64,000 nucleotides of DNA from Lama glama (taxonomy: Eukaryota), in contig CM052816.1 in assembly GCA_028534125.1 (NCBI GenBank), positions 57,972,001 to 58,036,000 of the forward strand, read 5' to 3'. The notes under the pieces were generated by a model. That model was not told where the DNA came from. It did no database searches and saw only the letters and a program-made list of their open reading frames with translations. The position numbers and the translations under genes were made by a program. How positions within the stretch are numbered: the first letter of the stretch is position 1; every line of letters starts with the position of its first letter. Positions 62,795 through 64,000 of this stretch are shown here, in pieces.

Positions 62795-63293
62795 GTAGTA
62801 GGTAGAATAACAGCCCCCCAAACCTTCACGTCTTAATCCCTGGAATCTGTGAATATACTACTTTACTTGGCAAGAGGGACTTTGCAGATATGACTAAGGA
62901 TTTGGAGATGAGATTATCCTGAATTATCTGGGTGGGCCCAATATAATCCCAAAGGCCTTTATAAGGGGGAGACAAGTGTCTGAGTCAGAGGAGGAGATGT
63001 GGTAATGGAAGAGTGACGTGGTGAGGTAAGAGGGAGAGAGACAGAGACCGACAGAGAGATGCAGGTTTGAAAGTACTCTGCTAGGTTTGAAGATGGGGGA
63101 AGAGGCCATGAGCTAAGGAACTTGGGATGCCTCTAGAAGCTGGAAAAGGCAAGGAAGTGGATTTCACCTTGAGCCTCCAAAAGGGACAAACCTCAGCTGA
63201 CACCTTGCTTTTAGGACTTCCAACCCCTCAAACTGTAAAATAATAAATCTGTGTCATTTTAAGCCACTAAATTTGTGGCGATTTGTTAACACA
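62795..63293 (+). mobile_element. MaLR solo LTR (MLT1D-like)
   Basis: gtaggtagaataacagccccc...taatccctggaatctgtgaatat...gcctctagaagctggaaaaggcaaggaa...tttaagccactaaatttgtgg. Confidence 0.88.
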
Positions 63294-63869
63294 GGTGAGT
63301 TAGACACTTTGGGAACCTAATTCCTTGTGCCATGCCTTCTGGGAAGCTCCCATGTCACCTGGCATTCTGGGTGGCTCTGCCCAGTCCCGCCCCACATTGT
63401 GGGCTGGGTCACGGGGAGGATCGGGGCTGCTTGTGAAGCTGCCTGACTCAGCATCTCTCATCTTTGTGCTGCTCCTGGAGCACAGTCAGGGGCCATGGTG
63501 TTCACTCTCTAAACAGCTTGGAGCTAGGCAACAACATCTGAAAACCACTGGGATTTAAAATACTGAAACAATCAAAGCTGCCCTTTAGGAAACTGGGGGC
63601 CATTTCTCTACAATCCCATGGTCAGCAAGTATCCAATTTCCCATTAGATGGTACTCAAGTTTTGTCATTTCTGAAAGGAGCTTGGTTCTGTTTAGAATTC
63701 TATAGTTGCTCATGGATTAGTTACTTTAGAGATGGATTCCTTCTGTGTATATGTGTGAGAAGTCTTTTTAAAGTGACAAGAAAAGGGGGGGAATCATATA
63801 CAGACAACCAGGTAAAAATAAAGTTTTCTAAGTTGTGATACCAGTTCACCAAGAGACAGTTTTTTCTTA

Positions 63870-64000
63870 AGTCATTCATACATTAATTGAGACAACATAT
63901 CTTATAAGCATGTAAGCATCCACCACGCACTAGAGATTGTTGTAGTTCCTGAAGATGCTGTGATGAAGCAAGCTTGGTCCCTACCCTCACAGAGCTTACT
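63870..64000 (-). mobile_element. L2 3' end (runs off the window)
   Basis: tcattcatacatt...caacatat...ggtccctaccctcacagagcttac. Confidence 0.55.

Noticed and set aside
1..64000. A novel multi-gene or defence-type system
   Set aside because: Everything recognisable is MAP1B, its regulatory DNA or common mammalian repeats. No second gene or RNA gene is supported.

Overview
Mammalian genomic DNA, not microbial. Two tRNA-derived SINEs resemble a camelid family, so the species is probably a camelid (from recall, unverified). The window holds the 5' part of MAP1B (microtubule-associated protein 1B) on the minus strand: a CpG-island/TATA promoter (~57.1 kb), coding exon 1 (56925-56742, 184 nt), an ~8.1-kb intron 1, coding exon 2 (48655-48554, 102 nt) and over 48 kb of intron 2. 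I did not find exon 3 in the window. The rest is intronic or upstream DNA with L1, L2, MIR, MaLR/ERV LTR and MER DNA-transposon relics and a 500-N assembly gap. Nearly all ORF-track entries are chance ORFs. I see no novel multi-gene system. The best leads concern regulation of MAP1B isoforms: (1) a candidate 30-nt frame-preserving microexon (DAKEYYRIIK) 529 nt past exon 2, with a NOVA-type YCAY cluster upstream; (2) a candidate internal promoter and non-coding first exon at ~3.6-3.8 kb; (3) a 5'UTR G-quadruplex lying between two TATA-type elements; (4) several neural transcription-factor motif clusters. Repeat boundaries and subfamily names were assigned by eye and are approximate.
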